A stretch of DNA of 64,000 bases from a virus (taxonomy: Duplodnaviria > Caudoviricetes): the IMG/VR virus record IMGVR_UViG_3300032038_000003, positions 32,001 to 96,000 of that record. One strand, 5' to 3'. Shown here in pieces: positions 29,570 through 39,173 of the stretch (position 1 is the stretch's first letter; each line of letters opens with the position of its first letter). The translations under genes and the position numbers were made by a program. Below the pieces are notes generated by a model that did not search any database, was not told where the DNA came from, and worked only from the letters and a program-made list of their open reading frames with translations.

Positions 29570-29601
29570 TATTGTAACGATACTTTGCTATAATTGTAGC
29601 A
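29566..29601 (+). promoter_or_regulatory. SigmaA-type promoter of the SbcD/SbcC-like cluster
   Basis: TTGATA-17bp-TATAAT with TG extension; -10 inside imperfect palindrome TGCTATAATTGTAGCA. Confidence 0.7.
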
Positions 29602-29628
29602 TAATATTACAGAAAGGTAGATTACTGT

Positions 29629-32046
29629 ATGAAAATCTTACATATAACAGACTCACATGGTACAGCGAAATCACCAGAATCAAGGACAGATGTATATTAT
29701 CTGTCCTTTTTAAAGAAAATGTATGAACTTAAATATGTCATTCAGCAAAATGATATTAAGTTAATCATACATACTGGTGATTTGTTCCATTCAGCAAGAG
29801 CATCGGATAAGTTCGCTGGTCAGTTAGCAGAGATTATCAAATCATACGGTATCCCTATGTATGTAGTTCCTGGTAACCATGATATTGAAGGTTACACAAT
29901 CAATACTTTAGATCAGACAAAATTAGGGTTATTATATAAAACTGGTGTTGTAAAAGAGCTGGATAGGGGTAAAAACCCTATCCAGCTCAAACATCAGAAA
30001 GAGAATCTGAATATAAGTATTGTTGGACAAGAATACTATAAGGATATCGATACTGGTGACATGAGCGACTTTGAGATGCGTAACAATAATCCAAATGCCA
30101 ATTTTAATATATTGGCTATTCATGGATATCTATGCAATTCTCCGCAGCATCCAGATGTTAAATGTACTCAGTGTAAAGATATTGTGACAGACGCAGATGT
30201 TATTCTTGCTGGTCATTTTCATGAAGCATTTGAATATCATGGTGCTGATTTTAGTGTGTATAATCCTGGTTCTATGATGCGTGTTGAACAAACAACATAT
30301 AATAAGACTCATTTGCCTCAATATGGTATTCTTGAGATTACCAATAATAATGGTGTAGTTCAGCACACATATACAATGCATCCATTTAAAGTAGCAGAGC
30401 CTTCAGAAAAGGTATTCGATTATACTTTAAAGAACCAGAAGAAAAAGACATTAATTACACTTGAAAATTTCAAGAACAGTATTGCAAATACTAATTTCAA
30501 TTCGAATCTTAACACGTCTATTGAGAATATTATCAGTAGCGTAGCTGGTAACTTATCTGTTACACAGGATATTATAGATAAAACAATTGATGTCTATCAT
30601 GATGCTTTGAATAATTCTCCAGACAAACTCGAAGTACAGCAAGGTTATATTGCTGATGTCAGCAGAAAGATAATCAAGCACGTTGAGATTAAGAATTTCC
30701 AGTCTCACGAATATACTATTGTAGAGTTTAAGGATGGATTGAATACCATTATAGGCGAATCTAATAGTGGTAAAACAAGTATCTTAAGAGCAATACGATG
30801 GTGTCTTGATAATGATCCTAAAGGATCAGACTTTATTACTACTGGAAGAGACGAATGTTCGGTTACTGTCGTGTTTGATGACGGTACTTCTATCATTCGC
30901 AAAAGGACTCGTAATGATTCTGGTACGTATGATGTAGTAGGAAAGACTATTCAGCCAGACGGTACTGTATCTAAATGGACACAAACGTATAAAGGATTTG
31001 CGAATAATCTTCCAATAGAGATTATGAACATCCATCAAATGCCTAAAGTAAATCTTACTAAAGATATATGTACGCATCTGAATATGATGTCTCAGTTGGA
31101 TGGACCGTTCCTTGTTACAGAAAGTCCTCAAGTTAAGGCAGCAATTATTGGACGTTTAACTGGTACTCAGATTATTGATCTTGGTATTAAAGAAACCAAT
31201 AAGAAAATCTTGAGTAATTCTAAGACCATTAAGACATATACTCAAGAAAAGACAGATAGAGAAAACGAATTATTCAGATATCAGTATCTGCCATTTTATG
31301 AACGTTATGTAAGAGGATTCGATTTGATTTGTAAGTATTGCGAATCAAAGATGAATACCATTACAAATGTCGAAATGATTCTTGATGAATTATATAAGAG
31401 ACGTAAAATGATTAACGACATAACTAATAATATTGTTCAGATACAGAATAATATTGATATGTATAATATCATGCTTGCCATTAAGACATATATGGCAAAA
31501 CAGTTAGAGATTATTGATATGTATAATGAATTAAAGGATACAATGTTACATATTAAATCTCTTCAGAAGCAGATAAAATGGTTAATCATTCTTACATCGT
31601 TCAGATCTTTTGTTGACGCTACAAACTTGAAAGTAGGATTATATGGACAGTTAACGAACGGTTATACAAGAGCAACCTCATTACATCAGCAAATATCAGA
31701 TAATACTAATTTGTGTAATAACCTTACAGCAGAGATTACAGTGATAGAAACTGCAAAGAAATGCTTTAATGATATTTACAAATATGCACAAGTATTATCG
31801 CAAGATATCAGTAATACTAAAGGCGTATATGACAAATATGTTATTCGTCGTCAAAATGCTAATCAGCAAAGCGATATTGCTGTACAGTGGAATGTTGAGG
31901 TTAATCATCTTACAAGTCAGATAGAAGAGTTAACCAATCAACAGAAACAAATAATTAAACAGAATAATATCTGTCCTTGTTGTGGACAAAAGATTACATC
32001 TGAAGAACACGTACTCAATATCAATAATTTTATGAAAGGAAGATAG
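29629..32046 (+). CDS. Fusion: SbcD/Mre11 metallophosphoesterase + N-terminal half of SbcC/Rad50 (Walker A, coiled coil, zinc hook)
   Basis: TDSH, TGDLF, PGNHD, IHG, GHFH, NPGS; then KNFQSH, GESNSGKT, SQ Q-loop, coiled coil, CPCCG near the C-terminus. Confidence 0.9.
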   Translation: MKILHITDSHGTAKSPESRTDVYYLSFLKKMYELKYVIQQNDIKLIIHTGDLFHSARASDKFAGQLAEIIKSYGIPMYVVPGNHDIEGYTINTLDQTKLGLLYKTGVVKELDRGKNPIQLKHQKENLNISIVGQEYYKDIDTGDMSDFEMRNNNPNANFNILAIHGYLCNSPQHPDVKCTQCKDIVTDADVILAGHFHEAFEYHGADFSVYNPGSMMRVEQTTYNKTHLPQYGILEITNNNGVVQHTYTMHPFKVAEPSEKVFDYTLKNQKKKTLITLENFKNSIANTNFNSNLNTSIENIISSVAGNLSVTQDIIDKTIDVYHDALNNSPDKLEVQQGYIADVSRKIIKHVEIKNFQSHEYTIVEFKDGLNTIIGESNSGKTSILRAIRWCLDNDPKGSDFITTGRDECSVTVVFDDGTSIIRKRTRNDSGTYDVVGKTIQPDGTVSKWTQTYKGFANNLPIEIMNIHQMPKVNLTKDICTHLNMMSQLDGPFLVTESPQVKAAIIGRLTGTQIIDLGIKETNKKILSNSKTIKTYTQEKTDRENELFRYQYLPFYERYVRGFDLICKYCESKMNTITNVEMILDELYKRRKMINDITNNIVQIQNNIDMYNIMLAIKTYMAKQLEIIDMYNELKDTMLHIKSLQKQIKWLIILTSFRSFVDATNLKVGLYGQLTNGYTRATSLHQQISDNTNLCNNLTAEITVIETAKKCFNDIYKYAQVLSQDISNTKGVYDKYVIRRQNANQQSDIAVQWNVEVNHLTSQIEELTNQQKQIIKQNNICPCCGQKITSEEHVLNINNFMKGR

Positions 32047-32047
32047 T

Positions 32048-32392
32048 ATGGACAATTTAGCATTAAATTTGAAGAGCATTCAGGACCAGATTGATGCGTT
32101 AAACAAACAGCTGAACGAAGCTCAGAATAAAAAACTCACTGCTGAAGTTCATTTACAGAACGAACAGCAAGAATATGAGGCACTTGAGAATCAACTTAAG
32201 GAGCTTACTGGTCTCAATGATATGAATGAGATCGAACAGTACATCGCAAGCAAGTCTACAGAACTGAATGGTATTATGCAAGACTTGGCTCAAGTATCTA
32301 ATACTGTAAACAGTCAGTACACATTCAGTGAAAATGATGTACAGATGTTGAAAGGTATAGTAGATAAGTACAATATCCCGATAGGAGAATAA
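32048..32392 (+). CDS. Coiled-coil protein (probable middle segment of split Rad50)
   Basis: Heptad pattern; lies between the Rad50 N- and C-halves; own RBS. Confidence 0.6.
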   Translation: MDNLALNLKSIQDQIDALNKQLNEAQNKKLTAEVHLQNEQQEYEALENQLKELTGLNDMNEIEQYIASKSTELNGIMQDLAQVSNTVNSQYTFSENDVQMLKGIVDKYNIPIGE

Positions 32393-32394
32393 CT

Positions 32395-33117
32395 ATGGAA
32401 GTTACAGGCTTATGGAAGGTTATCCAGGATCGTTCAAAAGAATTACAGAGCGGATATATTTCAAAGAAAGCCATTAAAGACCGTATCGAAGATGAAGTAA
32501 TCGATTATACCAATAAGATTAATCAGTTAACGGACGAGAATGACATTTTAAATAAGGTCATTCTTGTCCTTACTGAATCTTCAAATATTGCACGTAACAA
32601 CGCAAAGAACCATTTCGAGAAAATCATAACAGAGGCTTTACAGTATGTTACACAGTCTACAGATTATGAATTTGTTATTCAAGAAATGGTTGATAGGTCT
32701 AAAGCATCTTATGAGTTTTTTATTAAAACGACAATCAACGGAGAAGAATCGTTGCAAAGTCCTAAAGATGCTAATGGTGGAGGTTTCGTAGATATTATAT
32801 CCGTTGCAGCGAAGTATGCATATTTGGAATTATTCAACGATCCAAAAATACAGTGTGGAACTGTTTTCCTTGATGAACCAGGAAAAATGATTGACGAGCA
32901 GAGATCCATTAAGTTCGCAGAATATATTAAAGAGCTTGGTAAAAATTATAATAAGCAAACGATTATGATTACTCATAATACCAGCTTGAAAGATATTGCG
33001 GACCAGACTTATTATGTTTCTCAGAATGCCAATCTTATTAGCCAAGTATCTGAATTACAAGATGTGCCATTGGCTAATATAGAAAATATAGTAAAGGAGC
33101 AGTTAGATGGACATTAA
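32395..33117 (+). CDS. C-terminal half of SbcC/Rad50 ABC ATPase
   Basis: Signature-like ANGGG, Walker B/D-loop VFLDEPGKMID, H-loop MITH; no Walker A. Confidence 0.85.
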   Translation: MEVTGLWKVIQDRSKELQSGYISKKAIKDRIEDEVIDYTNKINQLTDENDILNKVILVLTESSNIARNNAKNHFEKIITEALQYVTQSTDYEFVIQEMVDRSKASYEFFIKTTINGEESLQSPKDANGGGFVDIISVAAKYAYLELFNDPKIQCGTVFLDEPGKMIDEQRSIKFAEYIKELGKNYNKQTIMITHNTSLKDIADQTYYVSQNANLISQVSELQDVPLANIENIVKEQLDGH

Positions 33118-33850
33118 ATACAAAGATAAAGATGTCGAGATTTCTATCAAGAACGTTAATAAAAATGCTATTTTAACAAACGACGAGTTAGAGAGCGTAG
33201 TAAAAATTATTAATTTGTTTAAAGATTTCAAGACACCGATGAAAGAATTGTTACCAACAACGGTTCAAAAACCAGCAGAAGAACGACAATCATCAGTGGC
33301 TAATAATGATGATCGCCCAGTAATCCGTGATCGTATTCCAAATCAAGTTGATTTATCAGAATACGAGATTAAACAGGCTGTTACACAAGAACCAATGATC
33401 AGATGTCCAGAGTGTGGACAATCATCTAAGGCTATTGTACGTATCAATGATACGGAGAATTATTTACTTCGCAAAGTAACAAAGAACAACAAGAAGACAT
33501 TCGAAACTGTTGTGGCATTAGAAAGCGAAGAAGCGATTACTAATATCTTAAAGCCAGAAGATGCGAATGTTATGGATTATCATAATGATATTATGAAAAT
33601 CAAGCAGAATAAAAAGCTTAAAGGTACCGATCTTAACGTATCTAATGAAACAAAGATTCAATGTCCTTGTTGTCATAAGATTAACCAATTTTCTAAATGG
33701 GTAGATGCTTTTAAAGATCCATTATTATTTGGATTTGAAACTGAAAACTTATGCGAAGTATGTGGCAAAGAAGCAGTCAAAGCAATTGACGAAAATAAAA
33801 ATGAAATTATACAATGTGAATATTGCGGTTATAAAGACCCTGTTGTATAA
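33107..33850 (+). CDS. Zn-finger protein
   Basis: CPEC, CPCC, CEVC, CEYC. Confidence 0.65.
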   Translation: MDIKYKDKDVEISIKNVNKNAILTNDELESVVKIINLFKDFKTPMKELLPTTVQKPAEERQSSVANNDDRPVIRDRIPNQVDLSEYEIKQAVTQEPMIRCPECGQSSKAIVRINDTENYLLRKVTKNNKKTFETVVALESEEAITNILKPEDANVMDYHNDIMKIKQNKKLKGTDLNVSNETKIQCPCCHKINQFSKWVDAFKDPLLFGFETENLCEVCGKEAVKAIDENKNEIIQCEYCGYKDPVV

Positions 33851-33902
33851 TAATGATTACAAAATGTTACTTAAAACTACAAAAGGAAAAGGAGAAACAG
33901 TC

Positions 33903-34370
33903 ATGAGACCAGAAAGAGACACTGTAACCGAGGTATACGAAGATCGGTACAAGAATGATTGCTATGCAGACGTAAGCTATTTTATTAATGCAAAAAAGAG
34001 AGTAATCGTTTGTAAGGTAGAGCCTTATGTTATGGACGAACAATTTTCATTCTTCACGACAAGAAAGGGCTTGGATTACAAGCAGTCGATGGCAAAATCA
34101 TTCTTTGAGATGTGTGGAGAGACATCTACAAGTTTTGTAGGTAAGGCTGTGTGTATGCCAGAAGACGAATTCGATGTAGAGTTCGGAAAGAGACTTGCAT
34201 ATGACAAGGCAATGTTCAAGCTGTTAAATGCTAAGAAGAAGTTTTTTATGGAAAGCATTAAAGACCTTGAATCATACATTGCAGCAGACAAGGAACTCAT
34301 TGATGATGTTGATAAACAAATCGCAAAGGCTACCGAGCGTTTTGAGAAAAAGATCAAGGAGGTAATGTAA
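33903..34370 (+). CDS. Hypothetical phage protein
   Basis: ATG 33903 after AAAGGAG; GKAVC.PEDEFDVEFGKRLA motif. Confidence 0.65.
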   Translation: MRPERDTVTEVYEDRYKNDCYADVSYFINAKKRVIVCKVEPYVMDEQFSFFTTRKGLDYKQSMAKSFFEMCGETSTSFVGKAVCMPEDEFDVEFGKRLAYDKAMFKLLNAKKKFFMESIKDLESYIAADKELIDDVDKQIAKATERFEKKIKEVM

Positions 34371-34654
34371 TGACATTACAAGAAGCGTTAAATACAACTT
34401 TATCTCCAGATAAAGTAAAGGATATGGAAACTTCTGAGCTGGTTAAATATCTTGTTGATAATCAAGTATTTGATTCAGAGGCAGATTTACGTATGTTCTT
34501 GATCGAAGGCATCCAGAGGGCTGTACGTCTTGATGATGAATTTCCAATTAAGATATATACATCAGAAGACGAAGAGGTTCCAGAAGATCATAAGTATGTC
34601 GATGTAGGACCGCAGCTTACAGACGAATATATCGAAAATAACATGCACGAGTAA
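34370..34654 (+). CDS. Hypothetical protein
   Basis: TAATG coupling, followed by terminator. Confidence 0.6.
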   Translation: MTLQEALNTTLSPDKVKDMETSELVKYLVDNQVFDSEADLRMFLIEGIQRAVRLDDEFPIKIYTSEDEEVPEDHKYVDVGPQLTDEYIENNMHE

Positions 34655-34678
34655 TACAAGATTTTTCAATAATCTATC

Positions 34679-34702
34679 AAGCCCCCCTAACGGGGGCTTT
34701 TT
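34679..34702 (+). terminator. Intrinsic terminator
   Basis: AAGCCCCC-cTAAC-GGGGGCTT followed by T tract. Confidence 0.75.
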
Positions 34703-34714
34703 AGATTTCTTTAA

Positions 34715-34963
34715 ATGGAGGTATTTATGGACGTTCAAATGGGAATATGTACAAAAGATAATTTATGTGTCGATTGTGACGACACTAAATGTTGGCACTC
34801 TGGTAAAATCTATGCGGACTGTCCTAAATATCGATGTTACAGACCAAAGGATTTTATTAACGAATGCGAAAGTTGTGCATTTATAAAGGCATATCAAAAA
34901 GATATGAGAAAATATTATAAAGAGAAAGGAAGTGTTGCAAATGACATGGAACGAAATCATTAG
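34715..34963 (+). CDS. Small Cys-rich protein
   Basis: Eight cysteines; GGAGGT precedes probable ATG at 34727. Confidence 0.55.
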   Translation: MEVFMDVQMGICTKDNLCVDCDDTKCWHSGKIYADCPKYRCYRPKDFINECESCAFIKAYQKDMRKYYKEKGSVANDMERNH

Positions 34964-35630
34964 TAACGAACAGGCAAAGGACTACTATGCAAATGGCATT
35001 ATTCCATTTCTTAAAGAAGAATATGCCAATTATGAATGTTATCCACCAAAGGAAAACATTTTTAAGGCGTTGTATTCTATTCCTACACCAGATGATGTAA
35101 AGGTCATCATACTTGGACAGGATCCATATCATGAACCTGGACAGGCTATTGGATTGTCTTTTTCTGTATCAGAAAATTGTATGAATCCGCCTTCGTTGCA
35201 GAATATTATTAAAGAAATTCAGCACGAAATGCATATCGAAAATGATAGTGCTGATAGACCGTTATATCATGGTGATTTAACGTATCTTGCAAGGCAAGGA
35301 GTATTGTTATTAAATAGCACCTTAACTGTAAGAAGAGGTCAAGCAAATTCACATGCTAATTGTGGCTGGCAGCAGTTTACAGATACTATCATCAGCACAC
35401 TGAATGAAATGAACCATCCAATGGTTGTAATGTTATGGGGCAAGTATGCACAGCGTAAGAGCCATCTTATTACTGGTAATAATATTCTGGTTCTAACTAC
35501 ATCACATCCATCACCATTCTCTGCCAATAGAGGTTTTATGGGATGTAATCACTTCGTTAAGTGTAATGAATATTTAAAAGCAAACGGCATTGAGCCGATT
35601 AATTGGTTAGGAGACACGCATGTTTATTGA
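34941..35630 (+). CDS. ung: Uracil-DNA glycosylase, family 1
   Basis: VIILGQDPYH, GLSFS, PPSLQNI, GVLLLN, HPSPFS. Confidence 0.95.
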   Translation: MTWNEIISNEQAKDYYANGIIPFLKEEYANYECYPPKENIFKALYSIPTPDDVKVIILGQDPYHEPGQAIGLSFSVSENCMNPPSLQNIIKEIQHEMHIENDSADRPLYHGDLTYLARQGVLLLNSTLTVRRGQANSHANCGWQQFTDTIISTLNEMNHPMVVMLWGKYAQRKSHLITGNNILVLTTSHPSPFSANRGFMGCNHFVKCNEYLKANGIEPINWLGDTHVY

Positions 35631-35799
35631 CAAAGACACTATTTCCAGTATTGAAATGATGACAGAGGAAGAAAGACAAGATCCATCTCTTGTAAGAAAT
35701 ACAACGGAACCAAATATGTATTACACGACGTTATTAAAGATAAATATGGTAAGTATCGAGATAATGTAGTGTATGAAATTCTAATAAAGGAGAATAAGT

Positions 35800-35979
35800 A
35801 TGCCAGATAATTATCATGAGTTTAATATCTATTTCAGTGATCTGAATGAAGATGCACAGAAAAGATTATTAAGTGCTGTTGGAGTGGAAACAGCATCTGA
35901 TATGAATTGGGATATGGATGTTGTTCCAATCGCAACATATTGTTTTTGCAGTGAAGGAGAAAATAATGAATCAGATTGA
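35800..35979 (+). CDS. Small hypothetical protein (59 aa)
   Basis: AAGGAG RBS, ATG 35800, stop overlaps primase start. Confidence 0.5.
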   Translation: MPDNYHEFNIYFSDLNEDAQKRLLSAVGVETASDMNWDMDVVPIATYCFCSEGENNESD

Positions 35980-37177
35980 CATTGACACACAAGAGTTAAA
36001 GTCAATGGCTCCGATTATTCCATATATAAAAACATATTATAAAGACAGGATTTTTATCGAAAGAGAAAGTGGTAATGTTGCATTTGCAAAATGTATCTTT
36101 CATGATGAAAATACTGCTTCACTTGCTATATATGCAAATGGAACATATAAATGTTTTGGATGTGGGGAACATGGAGATTTAATTACTCTTGTACAAAAAA
36201 TAGAAAATCTTGATTTTCAAAGTGCATGTATCCTTATAGCCAACAATGTTGGTTATCAGATAAAAGAAGTCTATGTAAATCAGGCTTGGGAGCAATATAA
36301 AGATAGTCTTGATGAACATACGAGAAGATATTGGCTAAATCTTCGACACAATGCAGATGCATTAAACTACGTAGTTAATGTACGTAGAATCAGTCCAGAA
36401 ATGATAAATACATTTCGATTAGGATTTACTGATAACGAAGAATATAAATATCGTAATGATATGCCAAACATTTCAAATCGTATTGTATTTCCAATTCTTG
36501 AGCATAAAAAGTTCAAGCCTAAATGCGTCGGTATGGCTTATAGAGGCTTAAGAGATGAAAAGCCTAAGTATATTAATGACCATAATCAATGCGGTCAGAA
36601 TGGACAGAATCCAGCGTTAAACGGTGTATTCATAAAAGGTAATATGCTTTATGGATTGGCTCAAGCATTTAAGGCCATTACAAAGAATAACTTCGTGTTT
36701 GTTGTCGAAGGATATTTTGATGTTATTGCTATGCATCAGTCTGGTTTTACTAATACGGTTGGATTAATGGGTACATCATTTACTGAAGAGCAAATAAAAG
36801 AGATACGCAAAGTTACTAACAATGTATTTTTATTGTTGGATAGTGATAATGCTGGTACAAATGCTATGGAAAAGCATATTACGGAACTAATCAAATATGA
36901 TATAAGGCCAGTAATTTGTGTAATTGACGGTTATAAAGATCCAGATGAAATGTGTAAAGCATTTGATTTTAATCAACAAGAAATCTATAACTTTATCAAT
37001 GCACATCAGAAAGAGGGTATTCATCATTTGATTATGAGCAAATTAGAAAGATATAAAGCAGTTGTTTCACAAGAAAGAGTAAAGACATTAACTACGTTAT
37101 ATCCGATAATAAACTCTATCCCGAATCCAGCAATTAAACAAGCATATCTCAAAGAAATTGAAAAGGAGATGTACTGA
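35966..37177 (+). CDS. dnaG: DnaG-type DNA primase
   Basis: CIFH...CFGC CHC2 finger, RIVFPI, PKYIN, VEGYFD, DSDNAG TOPRIM, KDPDE. Confidence 0.93.
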   Translation: MNQIDIDTQELKSMAPIIPYIKTYYKDRIFIERESGNVAFAKCIFHDENTASLAIYANGTYKCFGCGEHGDLITLVQKIENLDFQSACILIANNVGYQIKEVYVNQAWEQYKDSLDEHTRRYWLNLRHNADALNYVVNVRRISPEMINTFRLGFTDNEEYKYRNDMPNISNRIVFPILEHKKFKPKCVGMAYRGLRDEKPKYINDHNQCGQNGQNPALNGVFIKGNMLYGLAQAFKAITKNNFVFVVEGYFDVIAMHQSGFTNTVGLMGTSFTEEQIKEIRKVTNNVFLLLDSDNAGTNAMEKHITELIKYDIRPVICVIDGYKDPDEMCKAFDFNQQEIYNFINAHQKEGIHHLIMSKLERYKAVVSQERVKTLTTLYPIINSIPNPAIKQAYLKEIEKEMY

Positions 37178-38214
37178 TGAACGAACAGGAAAAAAGCATC
37201 ATTGCCGAAATGACAAGCTCCACAAATCCCAGAGAGGTATCATTAAATGATACTATTCTCGTTGGATGTAATGGATGTGGCAATTGTTGTATGAATGCTC
37301 AAATGAAATTGAATGCATTCGACATATATAATATTGCAAAGAAAGTAGGCATGAAGAAAGCGTCGGACCATATGATTTTCTACTTTGGAGATAATAGCCA
37401 TTTACCAATTATTGGCTTGTCCACTTCAAAAGAAACCAATATGTGTCCGTATTTACAAGCTACAAATGAAGGAGATTATAAATGTATATTAGAAGACAGT
37501 AAACCTTCTACATGTACACATCCATTTGTTGCTATAGGCACAAAGTTTACTAAAAGTGAATTTAGTTTTGTACCATTAGACCAGAAGGTACAGTCATTCG
37601 ACATTGAGCAATACTTAAAGGATTATGATATATCCAAGAATATATTCTATTATGTTGAAGACAGAAGTAATCAATGTCCGTCTACATGTAAAAAGAATGT
37701 ATTGGTATCAGATTATATGTCTGATAGAATTAAGTACAGTAGAGAACATAATCTTGCTATTATTACATCCATGCTTCTCAGCAAATACATAAAAGTTAAT
37801 GAATTTACTCGTTTATTGTATCTTGCTGATAACTCTAAAGAGAATAAGCATATTAAATCTTTTCTCGGTCAAATAAGTTCATATGATAGAGTAACAAGAT
37901 CAATATTCATTAGTGCTTATCTTTATACAGATATTGAAAGTTCTAAGTCTTTTGAAGAACAGACTATTGAGCATATTAAGTTTCTTGAAAAGAAAAAGTA
38001 TCCTGTTTTAAGATTGCTGTATAAATATTTCTATATCGTATTCGATCCAGGTCATGTAACATTAGAAAGTATTTTAAATACAGACGATATTGACCTTGCT
38101 CAAGAACGCTTCGATAATTATTTTGCAAGCAACGTTGAGCAAATTAAAGATCGTTTCTATAATCAAATGATTGTTGAAATGACAAAAGAAATGATGAAAG
38201 AACTAAATCTATAG
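37177..38214 (+). CDS. YkgJ-like (CxxCxxCC) cysteine-cluster protein
   Basis: CNGCGNCC, CPYL, CIL..KPSTC..P. Confidence 0.75.
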   Translation: MNEQEKSIIAEMTSSTNPREVSLNDTILVGCNGCGNCCMNAQMKLNAFDIYNIAKKVGMKKASDHMIFYFGDNSHLPIIGLSTSKETNMCPYLQATNEGDYKCILEDSKPSTCTHPFVAIGTKFTKSEFSFVPLDQKVQSFDIEQYLKDYDISKNIFYYVEDRSNQCPSTCKKNVLVSDYMSDRIKYSREHNLAIITSMLLSKYIKVNEFTRLLYLADNSKENKHIKSFLGQISSYDRVTRSIFISAYLYTDIESSKSFEEQTIEHIKFLEKKKYPVLRLLYKYFYIVFDPGHVTLESILNTDDIDLAQERFDNYFASNVEQIKDRFYNQMIVEMTKEMMKELNL

Positions 38215-38229
38215 GAAAGGAAAAGAGTT

Positions 38230-38625
38230 ATGACACTAATTGATGTTACAATGTCTGAAGAAGACAAAGAAATCATCCGTAACTTTATCGTTACAGACGA
38301 ACAGGCAAAACGTATTGACAAGAACAAGAAGAAATTAAATGAAGAGGTTAAGGCTATCTTTGAGAAGTATCAGATCAGCGATCCACTTGATTTCGAAGGT
38401 TCTACTCTTACTGTTACCGAAAGTACAAGAAAGACAGTAACAAAGGCGAAGAAAGACCAGTTTATCCAGGCTCTTGTAAATATGGGTAAGAATTACCTTG
38501 TAATTCCATCTGTAGATATTGATACAGAAACCATTGTAACTGAGTTAGAAAATGGTCAGTTAGATGAATCCTTTGTAAAACAGTACATGTCTATTACACC
38601 AGTAAAAACATTAACCGTAAAATGA
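38230..38625 (+). CDS. Hypothetical phage protein
   Basis: 131-aa ORF, RBS present. Confidence 0.65.
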   Translation: MTLIDVTMSEEDKEIIRNFIVTDEQAKRIDKNKKKLNEEVKAIFEKYQISDPLDFEGSTLTVTESTRKTVTKAKKDQFIQALVNMGKNYLVIPSVDIDTETIVTELENGQLDESFVKQYMSITPVKTLTVK

Positions 38626-38640
38626 GAGGAGTAATGCGTA

Positions 38641-39162
38641 GTGAATCTTGAGGATTATTTAAGTCAAAACATAAGTAACCAACGAGAGATTACGAACACT
38701 ACTTCCTTTTACGATAAGTTTAATGCGTTGTCTGAGTTGTATAAGCAAGAAGAAAATCAAGATAGCCGAAAAATATTACGGTCTCAAGGGAAATATAATA
38801 CAAAGATATGTTTCATCTTTAAAGATGAAGAGCATCTTAAGAACAGTACAAAAAGTCTTGAAAGGATATTTAATGTATATGGAATTAAGATGTGGGATAT
38901 ATTGATATTATATGAGAATAAGTTTGATGAAAGAGACCGTAATATTGGCATCTTAATGCAAGAACTGCTAATCGTTAATCCGATAGTAGTATATATTTTC
39001 GATGATACAGAGCTGGAAAATGATTTATTAAGTCAATGCCCAAAAGATATTGTCTTTGGTGCAAAGTATATCAATGTAAATAATATCCAGAACATGATAG
39101 AGGAAAATATGTCACCGAAAATATTTGACTTGTTCGAATATCTCATAACCTATAATTATTAA
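38641..39162 (+). CDS. Hypothetical protein, possible degenerate UDG-like fold
   Basis: GKYNTKICFI, IF..YGI...DI, QELLIVNPIVVYIF echo the family-4 UDG scaffold. Confidence 0.45.
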   Translation: MNLEDYLSQNISNQREITNTTSFYDKFNALSELYKQEENQDSRKILRSQGKYNTKICFIFKDEEHLKNSTKSLERIFNVYGIKMWDILILYENKFDERDRNIGILMQELLIVNPIVVYIFDDTELENDLLSQCPKDIVFGAKYINVNNIQNMIEENMSPKIFDLFEYLITYNY

Positions 39163-39173
39163 GGAGGAACGAT

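Noticed and set aside
32040-32400. Programmed frameshift or readthrough joining the Rad50 pieces
   Set aside because: Each downstream ORF has its own RBS and ATG right after a normal stop; no slippery sequence was seen.
13167-34700. Recurrent CCTAACGG/CCTATCGG mini-hairpins (about 5570, 13170, 22586, 27602, 34686)
   Set aside because: Too short and in mixed contexts, including coding sequence; consistent with common stable loops rather than a dedicated element.
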